DNA of 64,000 nucleotides from Giardia intestinalis (Eukaryota): NCBI GenBank assembly GCA_000002435.2, contig CM018793.1; one strand, 5' to 3'. Shown piece by piece: positions 21,407 to 31,377 of this stretch (position 1 is its first letter; each line of letters starts with the position of its first letter). The notes under the pieces were generated by a model. It saw only the letters and a program-made list of their open reading frames with translations, ran no database searches and was not told where the DNA came from. The position numbers and the translations under genes were made by a program.

Positions 21407-22765
21407 CTACGCCTTCCCCCTGCACACGAACCACCAGCAGAGGAAGCCGACGAGGCCCCCCACGACGACGACCACAGCGACGGAGATCCCCGCTATGGCC
21501 CCCGTGGAGAGCCCGCTCTTGTTGACGCTTCCACCAGTGCCTACTTCTGATTCTAAACATATGACTGAACTGCCAGATGATGACACACATTGCTTGCATC
21601 CAGAGATCTTCTCTGAGCACTTCTTGCATAACCCAGCAGTGGTATCGTCACCGTTTTCCTTGTAATACCCAGTGGCACAGGTCTTGCACTTATTAGGGTC
21701 ACCTGCAGTCGAGCACGTAGCACAAGTAGAATGGCACTCCCCACAGGCCCCACCTTGTGCCTGTAGTCCGTTGGCACACGTCTGACATGTTCCTCCCTGT
21801 GCACTACTACAGACCTGCTTACCAGGCTGTCTATCTGTCTGATAGCAGCCGCCGTCCTTGAGGAAGTAACCCTCATTGCATTTTGTACAGGCCCCACTTG
21901 TGATTGTTGCACAGAAGGCTACTCGTGAACTGGCCGCACAGTTGCCGTTCAAGGGGGCTTGTTGAGTGTTCTTGCACTTTGAGCAATATGCAGTTCCTCC
22001 TATCTGAGCCCCACACTCTGCGCATCCATCGTTTGTAGAACTCACGCTGCACTGGTCCATGCACGTGCCCCCATTGACAGGAGTATTAGTATCTGTATAC
22101 TGAAGCATTTTCCCAACAGGACAGGCCGTGCACTGATTGTTGGCCGGTCCAACGCACTCAGCGCACTCAGGGTTGCATGCCTTACACTTCTTGTCACTAT
22201 CTCCGTAGTATCCGCTGATGGCTGTGCAGTCAGGTACGCACTGGTTTGTAGGGGTGAGGTAGTCGCCATCATTACATTTAGTGCAGACCTCGTTGTCGGT
22301 CTTCGGGTTATCGCAGGCCTTGCAGTTGGGCGTGTTGCACGCCTTCTCGACGCACTGGCCCCCGTTCAGGACGTAGGCGGGGTCGCACGCCGTGCAGACC
22401 TCGTTGTCGGTCTTCGGGTTATCGCAGGCCTTGCAGTTGGGCGTGTTGCACGCCTTCTCGACGCACTGGCCCCCGTTCAGGACGTAGGCGGGGTCGCACG
22501 CCGTGCAGACCTCGTTGTCGGTCTTCGGGTTATCGCAGGCCTTGCAGTTGGGCGTGTTGCACGCCTTCTCGACGCACTGGCCCCCGTTCAGGACGTAGGC
22601 GGGGTCGCAGTCAGTGCAGGCCTCGTTCTCGGCCTTCGGGTTTGTGCAGTCCCTGCAGTTGGGCGTGTTGCAGTTTGCACTAGAGCCCTTCTCGTTGTGC
22701 TTTGCCAGCACGGTTGCACAAACTAGGAGAAATCCTATCAACATTAGCCGGAGTACACGTGCCAC
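21407..22765 (-). CDS. VSP, complete (signal peptide, 37-aa tandem repeats x3.5, TM, CRGKA tail)
   Basis: MARVLRLMLIGFLLVCATVLA signal peptide. KACNTPNCKACDNPKTDNEVCTACDPAYVLNGGQCVE repeated. Conserved GYFLKDGGCY motif and GLVGFLCWWFVCRGKA*. AGTGAAT polyadenylation signal 11 nt after the stop. Confidence 0.88.
   Translation of the reverse strand: MARVLRLMLIGFLLVCATVLAKHNEKGSSANCNTPNCRDCTNPKAENEACTDCDPAYVLNGGQCVEKACNTPNCKACDNPKTDNEVCTACDPAYVLNGGQCVEKACNTPNCKACDNPKTDNEVCTACDPAYVLNGGQCVEKACNTPNCKACDNPKTDNEVCTKCNDGDYLTPTNQCVPDCTAISGYYGDSDKKCKACNPECAECVGPANNQCTACPVGKMLQYTDTNTPVNGGTCMDQCSVSSTNDGCAECGAQIGGTAYCSKCKNTQQAPLNGNCAASSRVAFCATITSGACTKCNEGYFLKDGGCYQTDRQPGKQVCSSAQGGTCQTCANGLQAQGGACGECHSTCATCSTAGDPNKCKTCATGYYKENGDDTTAGLCKKCSEKISGCKQCVSSSGSSVICLESEVGTGGSVNKSGLSTGAIAGISVAVVVVVGGLVGFLCWWFVCRGKA
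22275..22675. repeat. 111-bp (37-codon) tandem repeat x ~3.5 inside the complete VSP
   Basis: Near-identical DNA units (ggtcttcgggttatcgcaggccttgcagttgggcgtgttgcacgccttctcgacgcactggcccccgttcaggacgtaggcggggtcgcacgcc...) seen at 22290-22620. Confidence 0.85.
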
Positions 22766-23331
22766 TGCTCTTCCGCTAGGCTGATGTGTTGCCGCGAGCA
22801 GTGAGAGACAGTCACTCTTGCTCTCTTGATCAGTTGTACTGGAGAAGGACGAGATAGGAGCACGCCAACCGGAGGCCAGCTGACAGTGCAGTTATTCCTG
22901 ACTTCAGTAGAAACAGGACCAGTGAGGGCCAGACTCAGACCGCACCTCTCTTGTGGAATGATTGCTCGGGGTGCACTCCTGTACATTGCTGTCACTGTAT
23001 CACTGACCCCGCCTGCAGGTGCGCTCAGAGGTCTCATGGGTAAGCCGCGCCCACTTCTCGACCGTCCGGAGACGATGGCTGGTTGTGGATAACATACTAA
23101 GAGCTCCTCTCCATCGATGCATCCAGAGCTCAGTGTGGTCCCTGATCGGCATACTCTGTCTGGGGCACTCCGCGTCGGCCTCCAGGATCCGGCCTGCTCA
23201 GGGCCATATGAGCCGCTAGTATGCCCTCCTTGGCCTGCCATCGACAGCTCGCACTGGCCGCCTTGCTCGGGTAGTAGCCAAGGCCACTCCAAAGGATGGC
23301 TCCGGATTGCAGTTAAGATTAGCGATGGCTG

Positions 23332-25294
23332 TTGGCTCCACCCCCTGTCCCAGCTGCCGCAGAGGGAGCCCTAGGAGTTGCTAGTAACAGTGCAGTTAGC
23401 GGCTCTGCAGGGTCGATGGGCGTTTGGGGAGCGTGCTCAGCAGGGGCCTTCAGCGTTATCTACTCTCTCAGGGGATGCCCCTACCTTGCTGTGAAAGAGA
23501 TCCGGCTCGATGGTCTGGGTCAGCACGGTGTGGATGCTAAAGCGTGGGCTGACCGCTCTTCTTAACCTCTCCCACCCAGACGTTCTCAAATACCACCAGG
23601 TACTTACAGACGGCAACACGATCCTTGTTGTCACAGACCGCTGCTGTGGAGACCTCCGGCAGTTCATCACCGACTACAGGGACATTCACGAACCTATTCC
23701 CAGCAAGCTGGTGCTCTCTCTTCTGGAGCAATTGGCTGGCGCCCTTGCCCACCTCCACGGGCTCAGCAGAAGTGCCCACAGCGGCCTGCCCTCTAGCGTT
23801 GTCCTCGAGCCCGACAACGTCATGTTCGCTGGGGACGGGCGGCGTGTTGTTCTTGCAGACTTCGGGTTCTGCAAGGGCATATCGAGTGGAGCTGCGAAGG
23901 CCGGCGACCCCGCGTACATGGCCCCCGAGACGCTCCTCCGCGGTATCATAACTCCCGCGTCCAACATCTGGAGCCTCGGGGCCGTCGCATACGAGCTCGC
24001 CACCCTGAGGAAGCCGGACTTCCTGGGGGACAGGGATCCTGCAGAGGTCTTCGTCGACGGATGGAGGCCGGACCTGAGCGGTGTCGCAGACGACCTCGCA
24101 AGGAGCGTCCTTGAGAGGATGCTCGTCCTCGATCTCGCCGAGAGGCCGACTGCCAGGGGGCTCGCCCGTCTACTTCGGAGGCTTGACATCTCTGCTGATG
24201 AACAGGAGGCCCAAGACACAAGGCTAAAGGAGGTGCGTGAAGCCTTTGTAGAAGCCTTGAATAGGGCCAACAACGAAACAGTAGTTCTTAGGAAGGACCC
24301 TCCTGATCGAGCTGCAAGAATGGACATCATCAGGGAGCAGTGTGCTGCTGCCGTCAAGTTATTCAGAGAAATACAGGAGATTAAGGCAGAGATGGGCGAA
24401 ACCAAAGAGTCAGAGGAGTCAGAAGAGCCAGAGAAGCACCTAATAGAGGAGGACGACTCCACCGACCTCATGAGGGCAGTCGATAGAAACGACGTGGAGG
24501 CCGTGAAGGCTCTCATACCGCTCCAGGGGGGCATGAAGATGAAGGGATGCGCACTTGTAGGTGACTGGAAGATATACGAGGGAACTGCTCTGATAAGGGC
24601 GGCGGTATATGGATACACAGAGATCGTGGAGCTGCTCGCGGAGAAAGAGAAAGGACTGAAAGATAGCAACGGATGGACCGCCCTCATGTATACTGCAAGG
24701 ACTGGCCACGCAGACTGTCTTAAGCTCCTGCTAGAGAAGGAAAGCGGCCTGAAGAGCGACAAGGGGCGGACGGCTCTCATGTCTGCAGCAAGTGCTGGCC
24801 ATTTAGAGTGTATCAAATTGCTTTTGAAGAACGAGGTTGGCATGCAGGATAACGATGGGGAAACCGCCCTTATGGCTGCAGCAGGGAACGGCCATAGAGA
24901 TTGCGTCGAGTTGCTCCTGGAACGGGAAGGCGGTATACAGGATAACAGCAAATGGACTGCTCTTATGATTGCTGCAGAACGTGGCGAAGCTGGCTGTGTT
25001 GAGCTACTCGTAGAAAAGGAGAGTTGTGCGCAATCGAGGGATGGATGGACAGCTCTCATGTGGGCTGCAAAGAATGGCCACGCAAGCTGTGTCAGATTAC
25101 TTGTGGAAAAAGAGGGCGGTATGCAAAATAACGATGGATGGCCCGCTCTCACAGTCGCTGCGCAGAGCGGCTACATAGAGTGTGCGAGGCTCCTTGTGAG
25201 GGAGAAGAATATTAGAGATAATATGGACGAAACTGCCCTTGACATGGCTAAGCTATGGAGACGCCATGAGATAGTCGCCCTCCTCTCAGAGTAA
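23332..25294 (+). CDS. NEK-family protein kinase fused to ~9 ankyrin repeats; apparent frameshift between kinase subdomains II and IV
   Basis: Track ORF 23510..25294 (594 aa) begins at kinase subdomain IV (LLNLSHPDVLKYHQV) and contains ADFGFCK (DFG), GDPAYMAPE (APE), then ankyrin repeats (GWTALMYTARTGHADCLKLLLEK... repeated). The Gly-loop and VAIK-like region (GSMGVWGACSAGAFSVIYSLRGCPYLAVKEI) sits in another frame, ORF 23332..23565, which terminates at 23565. The 488-aa antisense ORF 23686..25152 is a composition artefact. Confidence 0.72.
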
Positions 25295-25424
25295 ACGCCT
25301 TAAAGCCAATGGATTGAAGCGCCAGTGCCACATGTTACTGACCACTAGGAGACAGGAGAGGAGCTCCAGGGGCTCGGTGAGGAGCAAGGGCAGCGCATCC
25401 TCAGAGGAGCAGGCACGTGGAACG

Positions 25425-26687
25425 AGCCCATCTCCACGACTCGTCTGCTTCTGATGGGATCTATTAGCACGTGGAGGCAGCCCGGACAGTCTTATTTTTG
25501 CTTCGATGCACTGGGAAAGATCGGAGTTTAATGGCAGTTGAGGCAAGTGAAGGCAGGTCTTTCGCTTCTAGGCAGAGTCCAGAGTCCGAGGTCGGATGCC
25601 CTCGATTCCGGCGGAAGAACCCCTATGTCCCAGCTCTCCTAAAAGCTGCCGCTCCTCGCGGTGCCCCCTAGGACTTCCCTCCCTCTGGCCCGTCGGGGTC
25701 AACCATCGTCTGACATCTAGTGAGCACCCGTTATTCAGGGTCTTGCGTCTGTCGCGGCGATCTGGCCTCCACGTGGCCCGGGACCCTGGTGTTCCATGAC
25801 GAAGATCGCACGCCACGACCCCGGGTGTCTACCCCGTTTCTTGGGGTGCCTCTTCGTCTCCCCATGACGTGGACCATCGACCCTGCTGTCGGGGGTGCGC
25901 TCCCCGTGCGCCTCTATCTTGGGGTGTGGTACGCGTTCGTGGATGTCGATGGAGTACTCCCATGCGTTGTGTCGGAGAAGAGGCCCGGCCCTCTGCTCAT
26001 GGATCGCAGTGCGCTCTTGCAGGTGGTCCGTCACCCAGCACGAGACCGCGTCGACGCCCACCCTGTGCAGTGCATCTGGCTCAGTGACGTGTGGGCTCCA
26101 TCTGCACTGCACAACACACTTGGGGGTGATGCTTCGGTCTGTCGAGGCGTCGGTCCAGGGCCACCTCTCTGAGAGGCGTCGTCTGAGGCACCAAGAGCGA
26201 TTAGGACTGGCTCACCGAAGTCGGCTTGCTCGGCAGACGACACCTGTCTACTCGAGGGTGTCAGGCACTGCCAACTGCTGTGGCAGACACCCGGCAGGTG
26301 GCCCAGGCCAATACTCTCCGGTGCGGGCAGGATCAGTCCACCTCTGCCAGCCAAGCACCCCAACTCCTATTTCTTGTCGAGGGATTTACATGGGTCACGT
26401 GTGGGTCCATCTCGACCAGCGGGCAATGATCCTGGTGAGCGTCAGCTTAGCGTGTGAGAGGCTGATCCCACCACCAGCCTCGGACGCTCATCTGCATTCG
26501 TTACCACCCTGGAGGAGGAGGCACAATCCTCCCCGTCGGAGCTGGACGACATCTGACCTTCTGATTTCGGATTCTGGATCTCGGCCGGTGCATGGGGGGA
26601 GTGGCTTGTCCGGGGCGGCGGTGGCTCGCATGGAGGACCTGGTCAGGTGGCAGGGGACAACCCCGCCCCGGTGAAGCGGAGAGTAAA
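25425..26687. repeat. inverted-repeat arm B (~1263 bp), reverse complement of 14504..15766
   Basis: See arm A. The ORFs in the arms are R/S/P/C/H-rich and not protein-like. Confidence 0.85.
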
Positions 26688-27080
26688 TGAGTGATCAGAT
26701 GACGGCTCTGCCGCCGCGAGGCCAGCGTGCCATCCCCCGATGCACGGAGCATCTGCATCCTGGTTCGTGCCATGGACCGGCCTTTCATGCTTCTCACGTT
26801 CTGTTGCTTCCACGATGTGTCGACTAGCCTACGGGCTGGCCATGATCGTCGGGCAGCACCTTCTCAGGGGTGCCACGGCACAGGCGGCCGGGCGCGCTGC
26901 AGCACTCAATTGTTGCTTCCCTTATGTGTGGAGACATAGACCCTCGTCTTCGACTGTCGCAGCATGCATCCGAGCAGGATTGACATACTCGCCCCGTCCA
27001 CGCACCACAGCCCGGTGCGATAAGGGGCGCTCCATCTACTGGCCCGACCTCTGCCGTCCGCATGCGGCGAGAAACAGCTC

Positions 27081-27093
27081 GGCAAAATTAAAA
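27081..27093 (+). promoter_or_regulatory. AT-rich initiator-like element directly upstream of the alpha-giardin ATG
   Basis: ggcaaaattaaaa immediately 5' of ATG, matching the short AT-rich Giardia core promoter pattern. Similar elements precede RPS23, RPL36 and dynein LC1. Confidence 0.4.
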
Positions 27094-27981
27094 ATGGCTG
27101 CGGCAAAGGCTACCGAGATCAAGGCGCTCATCGACGCCAAGGACATGGACGGGCTTGCGAGGAGCGTCGCCGACTTCGACGATAGGCAGCGCGCCGAGAT
27201 CTACGCCGCATTCAGGGCGGCCAACGGGAAGACGGCCTCCGAGTACCTCGACGCCTTGTTCAAGAACGGGGACTACAAGGACCTCATGATGATCGTCCTC
27301 GACGACGAGATCGACGTCCGCTGCAAGCTGATCAAGAAGGCCTTCAAGGGCGGGAACGACGAGAGGTGCCTCACGGACACGCTCTTGACGACGACCCCCG
27401 AGATCTACGCAAGGGTCAAGGGCAGGTACCACCAGCTCTTCGGGGACGACTTCGAGTCCACGCTCAGGAAGGAGATCGGCTCCAAGACCGTCTGGGCCCG
27501 CATGGTGAACTCCTGGCTTGCCTTCTGCAGGTCTGCCCGCAACAACGTCCAGGGCGACGCAGAGGCCCTGAAGACCGCGCTGATCGGCGTCAAGCACCCG
27601 GACACGGACACGGTCATCCGCCTCCTCGGCACGACCGTCCCCAGCGAGTGGAAGCAGATCTCCGAGGCGTTCGAGAACATCGCCAAGAAGACGATCGAGC
27701 AGGCCCTCATCGAGGCCTACAAGGGCGACGACGAGCTCGCGCTCTGCTGCTGCAACGCGACGCTCCACTGCCCCGCCCGAGGCGCCGCCTACCTCCTGAG
27801 CCTGGCCTGCCAGAAGAAGGGCGACACCGACCGCTGCTGCCGCATCACCGGGATGCTCTACGACCAGGCAGAGCAGTGCAAGGTCCTCTACGCCCACTAC
27901 GGCAACTTAGCCAAGGACATCCGAGCCACGATGTCCAAGAACCTCGCCGAGGCCTGCTGCGTCCTCTGGCACGTCATGTAA
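27094..27981 (+). CDS. alpha-giardin (annexin-like cytoskeletal protein family)
   Basis: From the ATG at 27094 the product is 295 aa (the track ORF extends upstream through nonsense via an alternative start). Annexin-repeat features and a C-terminus CCCNATLHCPARGAAYLLSLACQKKGDTDRCCRITGMLYDQAEQCKVLYAHYG..LWHVM closely parallel alpha-1-giardin (..AAYLVNCACNDKGDEKRMRRITGMMVDK..). Classic Giardia AT-rich initiator ggcaaaattaaaaATG. GC-rich codon usage. Confidence 0.85.
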   Translation: MAAAKATEIKALIDAKDMDGLARSVADFDDRQRAEIYAAFRAANGKTASEYLDALFKNGDYKDLMMIVLDDEIDVRCKLIKKAFKGGNDERCLTDTLLTTTPEIYARVKGRYHQLFGDDFESTLRKEIGSKTVWARMVNSWLAFCRSARNNVQGDAEALKTALIGVKHPDTDTVIRLLGTTVPSEWKQISEAFENIAKKTIEQALIEAYKGDDELALCCCNATLHCPARGAAYLLSLACQKKGDTDRCCRITGMLYDQAEQCKVLYAHYGNLAKDIRATMSKNLAEACCVLWHVM

Positions 27982-28832
27982 CCCTAGTGAATCTTCCTCT
28001 CATGCTCTGGACTCTGTCTGTTTGCTGGTGTGACATGTATACCAAGATACTTCTCTCTGCCAAAACTCTAACTAAGCAATGTGCTCTACAAACCAGCAGT
28101 CGCAGTTATTATGAGGACTGACCGCCAAGCATAGCCCGGTATTTTCCATTTGCCAAAAAGTGCCGATAGATACAATATGAACCTTAGAGATCTACTAGAG
28201 TATTTACAACACTGCATGGATAACAGTTATATGGATGTATTACGTTATCCAATCCACAATCTAAAATATTTCATATAAAACGTTCTCTATAATAAAATGT
28301 TGTGGACCGTACCTAGAAATAGACTCCGTATTGTTCAGCAAAGAACTGTGAACAAATGAGGACATGGAAAAGCTGCATCAGGCACAAGGATCGAGACTTT
28401 GCAGTGGCTCATTACACAGACAATTTCCCGACAAGATACTCAAAACTGTGACAGTAGTTATCTACATGCTATACCATCCTAGACTGTTTATTACGCTAAT
28501 ACTACTGACCGTGCCATACTTGGTTGAGTTGCGCACGCTAGAGTGAGCCCCGCAATCTTAGTCTTGCATACTTCTTCTTTGTTCATCCGCTTAGTATTTA
28601 GCCCCAAACTTATTCTCGAATGCTTAGCACCACGCCACTACTTATATTTCAATAAAGTAAGGGGGTAAATAAGAGCAAGACAGGGATGCACACTCACAAG
28701 AAGGAAAAGCACCATAACATCTTTTGCAATGCAAAGCCGTCATCTTTGAGGACTTCGTGGCAATACTTATTACACGGGTTTGACTAAGTATTTTACGAGC
28801 AGCAAAAGCAATTTATAATTAGAAGATAGGTT

Positions 28833-29828
28833 ATGAAATGTAGAAGATTTTATACTCTCCGCTACCGCAACTGTCTCGCAGGACTAGGCGGGGTTCTAGT
28901 CGGTGCCCTGGTTTTTGGAACGTATCGTATTCCCTTCGATGACTTAGAGCGATTTACTCGTTGTACTCGGGGGAGCTACGTTGCCGAAAATCCAGGCGCT
29001 TGTCCATACCCTGGCAGCGGATCTGCTAGCATATTTTTTTATGTACAGATTCTGTGGATTGGAACCTTTGGTCTGCTTGGGATCTTACTGACCCTTTTCA
29101 CGCCCACATTCAGGCACACTCACACCATAGTGTGGTGCGAGCATTTCACTAAATTCTCAATCAACACAGCAATTGGTTGTCTAGTTCACTTATTGTTTGT
29201 CTTTCCTTTTATCTCCATTACTCCCGAAAATGAAGAGGCGTACAATGCTCTTCGCACCTTTGTGGTTTATGGGTACTTCATCTGGTATATTTATATCTTG
29301 GCCTATGGACTATTGCTTTTTATGTCCATATTTGTCCTCGACTACCTCGAGGCAGACCAGGTAGCCGCAAATAATCGAGCAGTCGCTAGAGAGGATGCTA
29401 TCACTTCATACCAGAAGTTTTTCACTGAATCTCTTCCCCCCACAGCACCTCCTAACGGGGACATGTCGGAGAGGGTTCACCAGATACACATAAAGGTGGT
29501 CGGGGAGTCGGATCACCGGCAGGTTCCGCCTGGATATTCAACAAAGAACTTCCTCAATAAAAGCTACAAGATGAGATACATTGGACTTGTATTAACAACA
29601 TCGTTTTTTGTGTACGGTATCTGCGTGGGAGTTGGGTATGGAAAGGCTGCACCAGAGTGCTTCTGGCACCTTTCTGGAAAAACAACGTTCCAGTGCGTGC
29701 CTGTGGCCTCCTGGATATATGGTGCCGTGTACGGGCTAGTATGGTCTGGTACCTTTTATGCTACGGTGTGTAGTAGAGCTATACCCAAAGTTGGTCTTTT
29801 TGGAAAACGGAGTCTATCGGTAGATTAA
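28833..29828 (+). CDS. multi-pass membrane hypothetical protein
   Basis: 331-aa ORF with at least 6 hydrophobic helices (ILWIGTFGLLGILLTLF, GYFIWYIYILAYGLLLFMSIFVL, IGLVLTTSFFVYGICVGVGYG, etc.). Confidence 0.55.
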   Translation: MKCRRFYTLRYRNCLAGLGGVLVGALVFGTYRIPFDDLERFTRCTRGSYVAENPGACPYPGSGSASIFFYVQILWIGTFGLLGILLTLFTPTFRHTHTIVWCEHFTKFSINTAIGCLVHLLFVFPFISITPENEEAYNALRTFVVYGYFIWYIYILAYGLLLFMSIFVLDYLEADQVAANNRAVAREDAITSYQKFFTESLPPTAPPNGDMSERVHQIHIKVVGESDHRQVPPGYSTKNFLNKSYKMRYIGLVLTTSFFVYGICVGVGYGKAAPECFWHLSGKTTFQCVPVASWIYGAVYGLVWSGTFYATVCSRAIPKVGLFGKRSLSVD

Positions 29829-29896
29829 ATTATTATCCATTTCAACGATAAAGCATATTGAGGCAACCGATCCCCAACTAACCAAAGGCAAGTTGC

Positions 29897-30493
29897 TCAC
29901 CTGCGGGGCTTGCCCTTCGGCTTTCCCTTTTCATCCATTAGGTCGCCAACGCGCTTGGCTGTCATGTCCAGTTGACCCCTCTTTGCAGCCTTGGCAATCT
30001 TGTCCGGGTGCTTATTGCACACTTGTCTGTGCTTATCTATGCGGTCTGGGGCAAATCCGCGGCCGCAGTATTCGCAGGAAACACGTCCATCGTCTTCATC
30101 TCGCCGTGGAGTCTCTACTTGCTCTCTTATTGGTGCAGCCATAGGCGGGGGCCTCGATGCCTGGTGCTGAGGCTTGCTGTACGTGGTGTGCACAGAATCG
30201 TGAACATAGTTAGTGGGGGATGCCTGGATGCCATTGGCCCGGTCATCCATCCGAGGGTCACGAGGGGACATCCTTGCTAATGACTTCCCTGCAGAGGCGG
30301 TCAGGGGAGGATCTGAGGCCGGAATGGCCGCCGAACGTTGGGGAATCCAATCGTATTTGTCTATTAGCGCTGTCAGCGCAGGGATGCAGTGGCCAATTCC
30401 GTCGGCATTGAAGCGTCGCTCTCCCCTGATTTGTGTTTTAACGAGAGAAACGACCATGTTGAAATCCTTGTTTTTACTAGCCTGCTCTGCCAT
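29897..30493 (-). CDS. C2HC-type zinc-finger protein (paralogous motif to 9843..11180)
   Basis: 198-aa ORF containing CEYCGRGFAPDRIDKHRQVC. Confidence 0.6.
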   Translation of the reverse strand: MAEQASKNKDFNMVVSLVKTQIRGERRFNADGIGHCIPALTALIDKYDWIPQRSAAIPASDPPLTASAGKSLARMSPRDPRMDDRANGIQASPTNYVHDSVHTTYSKPQHQASRPPPMAAPIREQVETPRRDEDDGRVSCEYCGRGFAPDRIDKHRQVCNKHPDKIAKAAKRGQLDMTAKRVGDLMDEKGKPKGKPRR

Positions 30494-30603
30494 TGCCTGC
30501 CACCCTTGCTGCGCCTAGGCCCCAAGGTGTCGAAGTAGCGGGTTTTATTTTCCAATCCATTTTAAATTCATTTCAATTCCTGATTTAGAAGGAGCGGTGT
30601 GGT

Positions 30604-30876
30604 ATGCCAGGCAAAGTATTCAACCTGAAGAAGGGCGGCGCAGTAGTTCGCATTGTCCGCAAGAAGGAGGAGCGCAAGACTAAGCCTCATCAGGAGTTCG
30701 TCAAGAGCATCATTCAGGAGTGCACGGGAATGGCGCCCTACGAAATGCACATTATAGAGCTCCTGCGAATGAATAAGGACCGCCACGCGCTCCGCTATGC
30801 AAAGAAGAGGCTTGGGAACATCAAGCGCGCGAAGGCTAAGCGCGATCAGCTCTCGGTCTACGCTAGGAACATCTAG
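30604..30876 (+). CDS. RPL36: 60S ribosomal protein L36e (eL36)
   Basis: 90 aa. FVKSIIQECTGMAPYEMHIIELLRMNKDRHALRYAKKRLGNIKRAKAKRDQL aligns with the eukaryotic RPL36 core ([47 protein letters not shown]). Confidence 0.9.
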   Translation: MPGKVFNLKKGGAVVRIVRKKEERKTKPHQEFVKSIIQECTGMAPYEMHIIELLRMNKDRHALRYAKKRLGNIKRAKAKRDQLSVYARNI

Positions 30877-31377
30877 ACTTCAGATAGCTAGCTACGACGG
30901 AGTAAACGTGTCCTGACGGCTCCGCTGGTCCGGCCTTAGCCTCGCCGGCGACTCGGGCCGGACTTTGTATTGTAGCTAAAGTTGGCAATGGCTGATGCCA
31001 AGATGAAATCTGTATTCACTAAAAACATGGTGTAAGCGGGGCGTCGTTAGTTGAGCGACCCAAGAATCAAAAGACACGCAGATTGCTCCCTTTTTAGGAC
31101 ATATGTTATTATGTAAGTAATGGTCTGCTCCCATAATATCCTAAAGAACACAGAGTCATCGGACAATTAGATCCTGATTAAACTGATGCGCTTGTTAATA
31201 ATCAGAGTCTACTATTTCTATTCTGTTACAGGACCAAGGGTTTATCAGGTGATGAGCTACACTTATATGTTCCTCAAATGGGTATCAAATGGGTAGATCT
31301 TCACGGTATCCAATTCTCTCAGTGATAGGTCAAACTTATTAAAGACTTTTGGAAAATTAGTATTTTGGTATTTAATT

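Noticed and set aside
23686-25152. 488-aa minus-strand ORF
   Set aside because: Antisense to the ankyrin-repeat region of the NEK kinase. S/A/R/P-rich and not protein-like. A by-product of GC-rich repetitive codons on the sense strand.
26740-27093. Upstream 118 codons of track ORF 26740..27981
   Set aside because: Initiated at a non-ATG codon by the track. The translation is nonsense (..CRLAYGLAMIVGQHLLRG..). The real alpha-giardin start is the ATG at 27094 with an AT-rich initiator.
27088-27897. 269-aa minus-strand ORF and 251-aa plus-strand alternate-frame ORF (27366..28121)
   Set aside because: Both overlap the alpha-giardin CDS. G/A/R/P/D-rich low complexity caused by the GC3-rich alpha-giardin coding strand. 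The same effect explains 53415..53915 opposite the peroxiredoxin gene.
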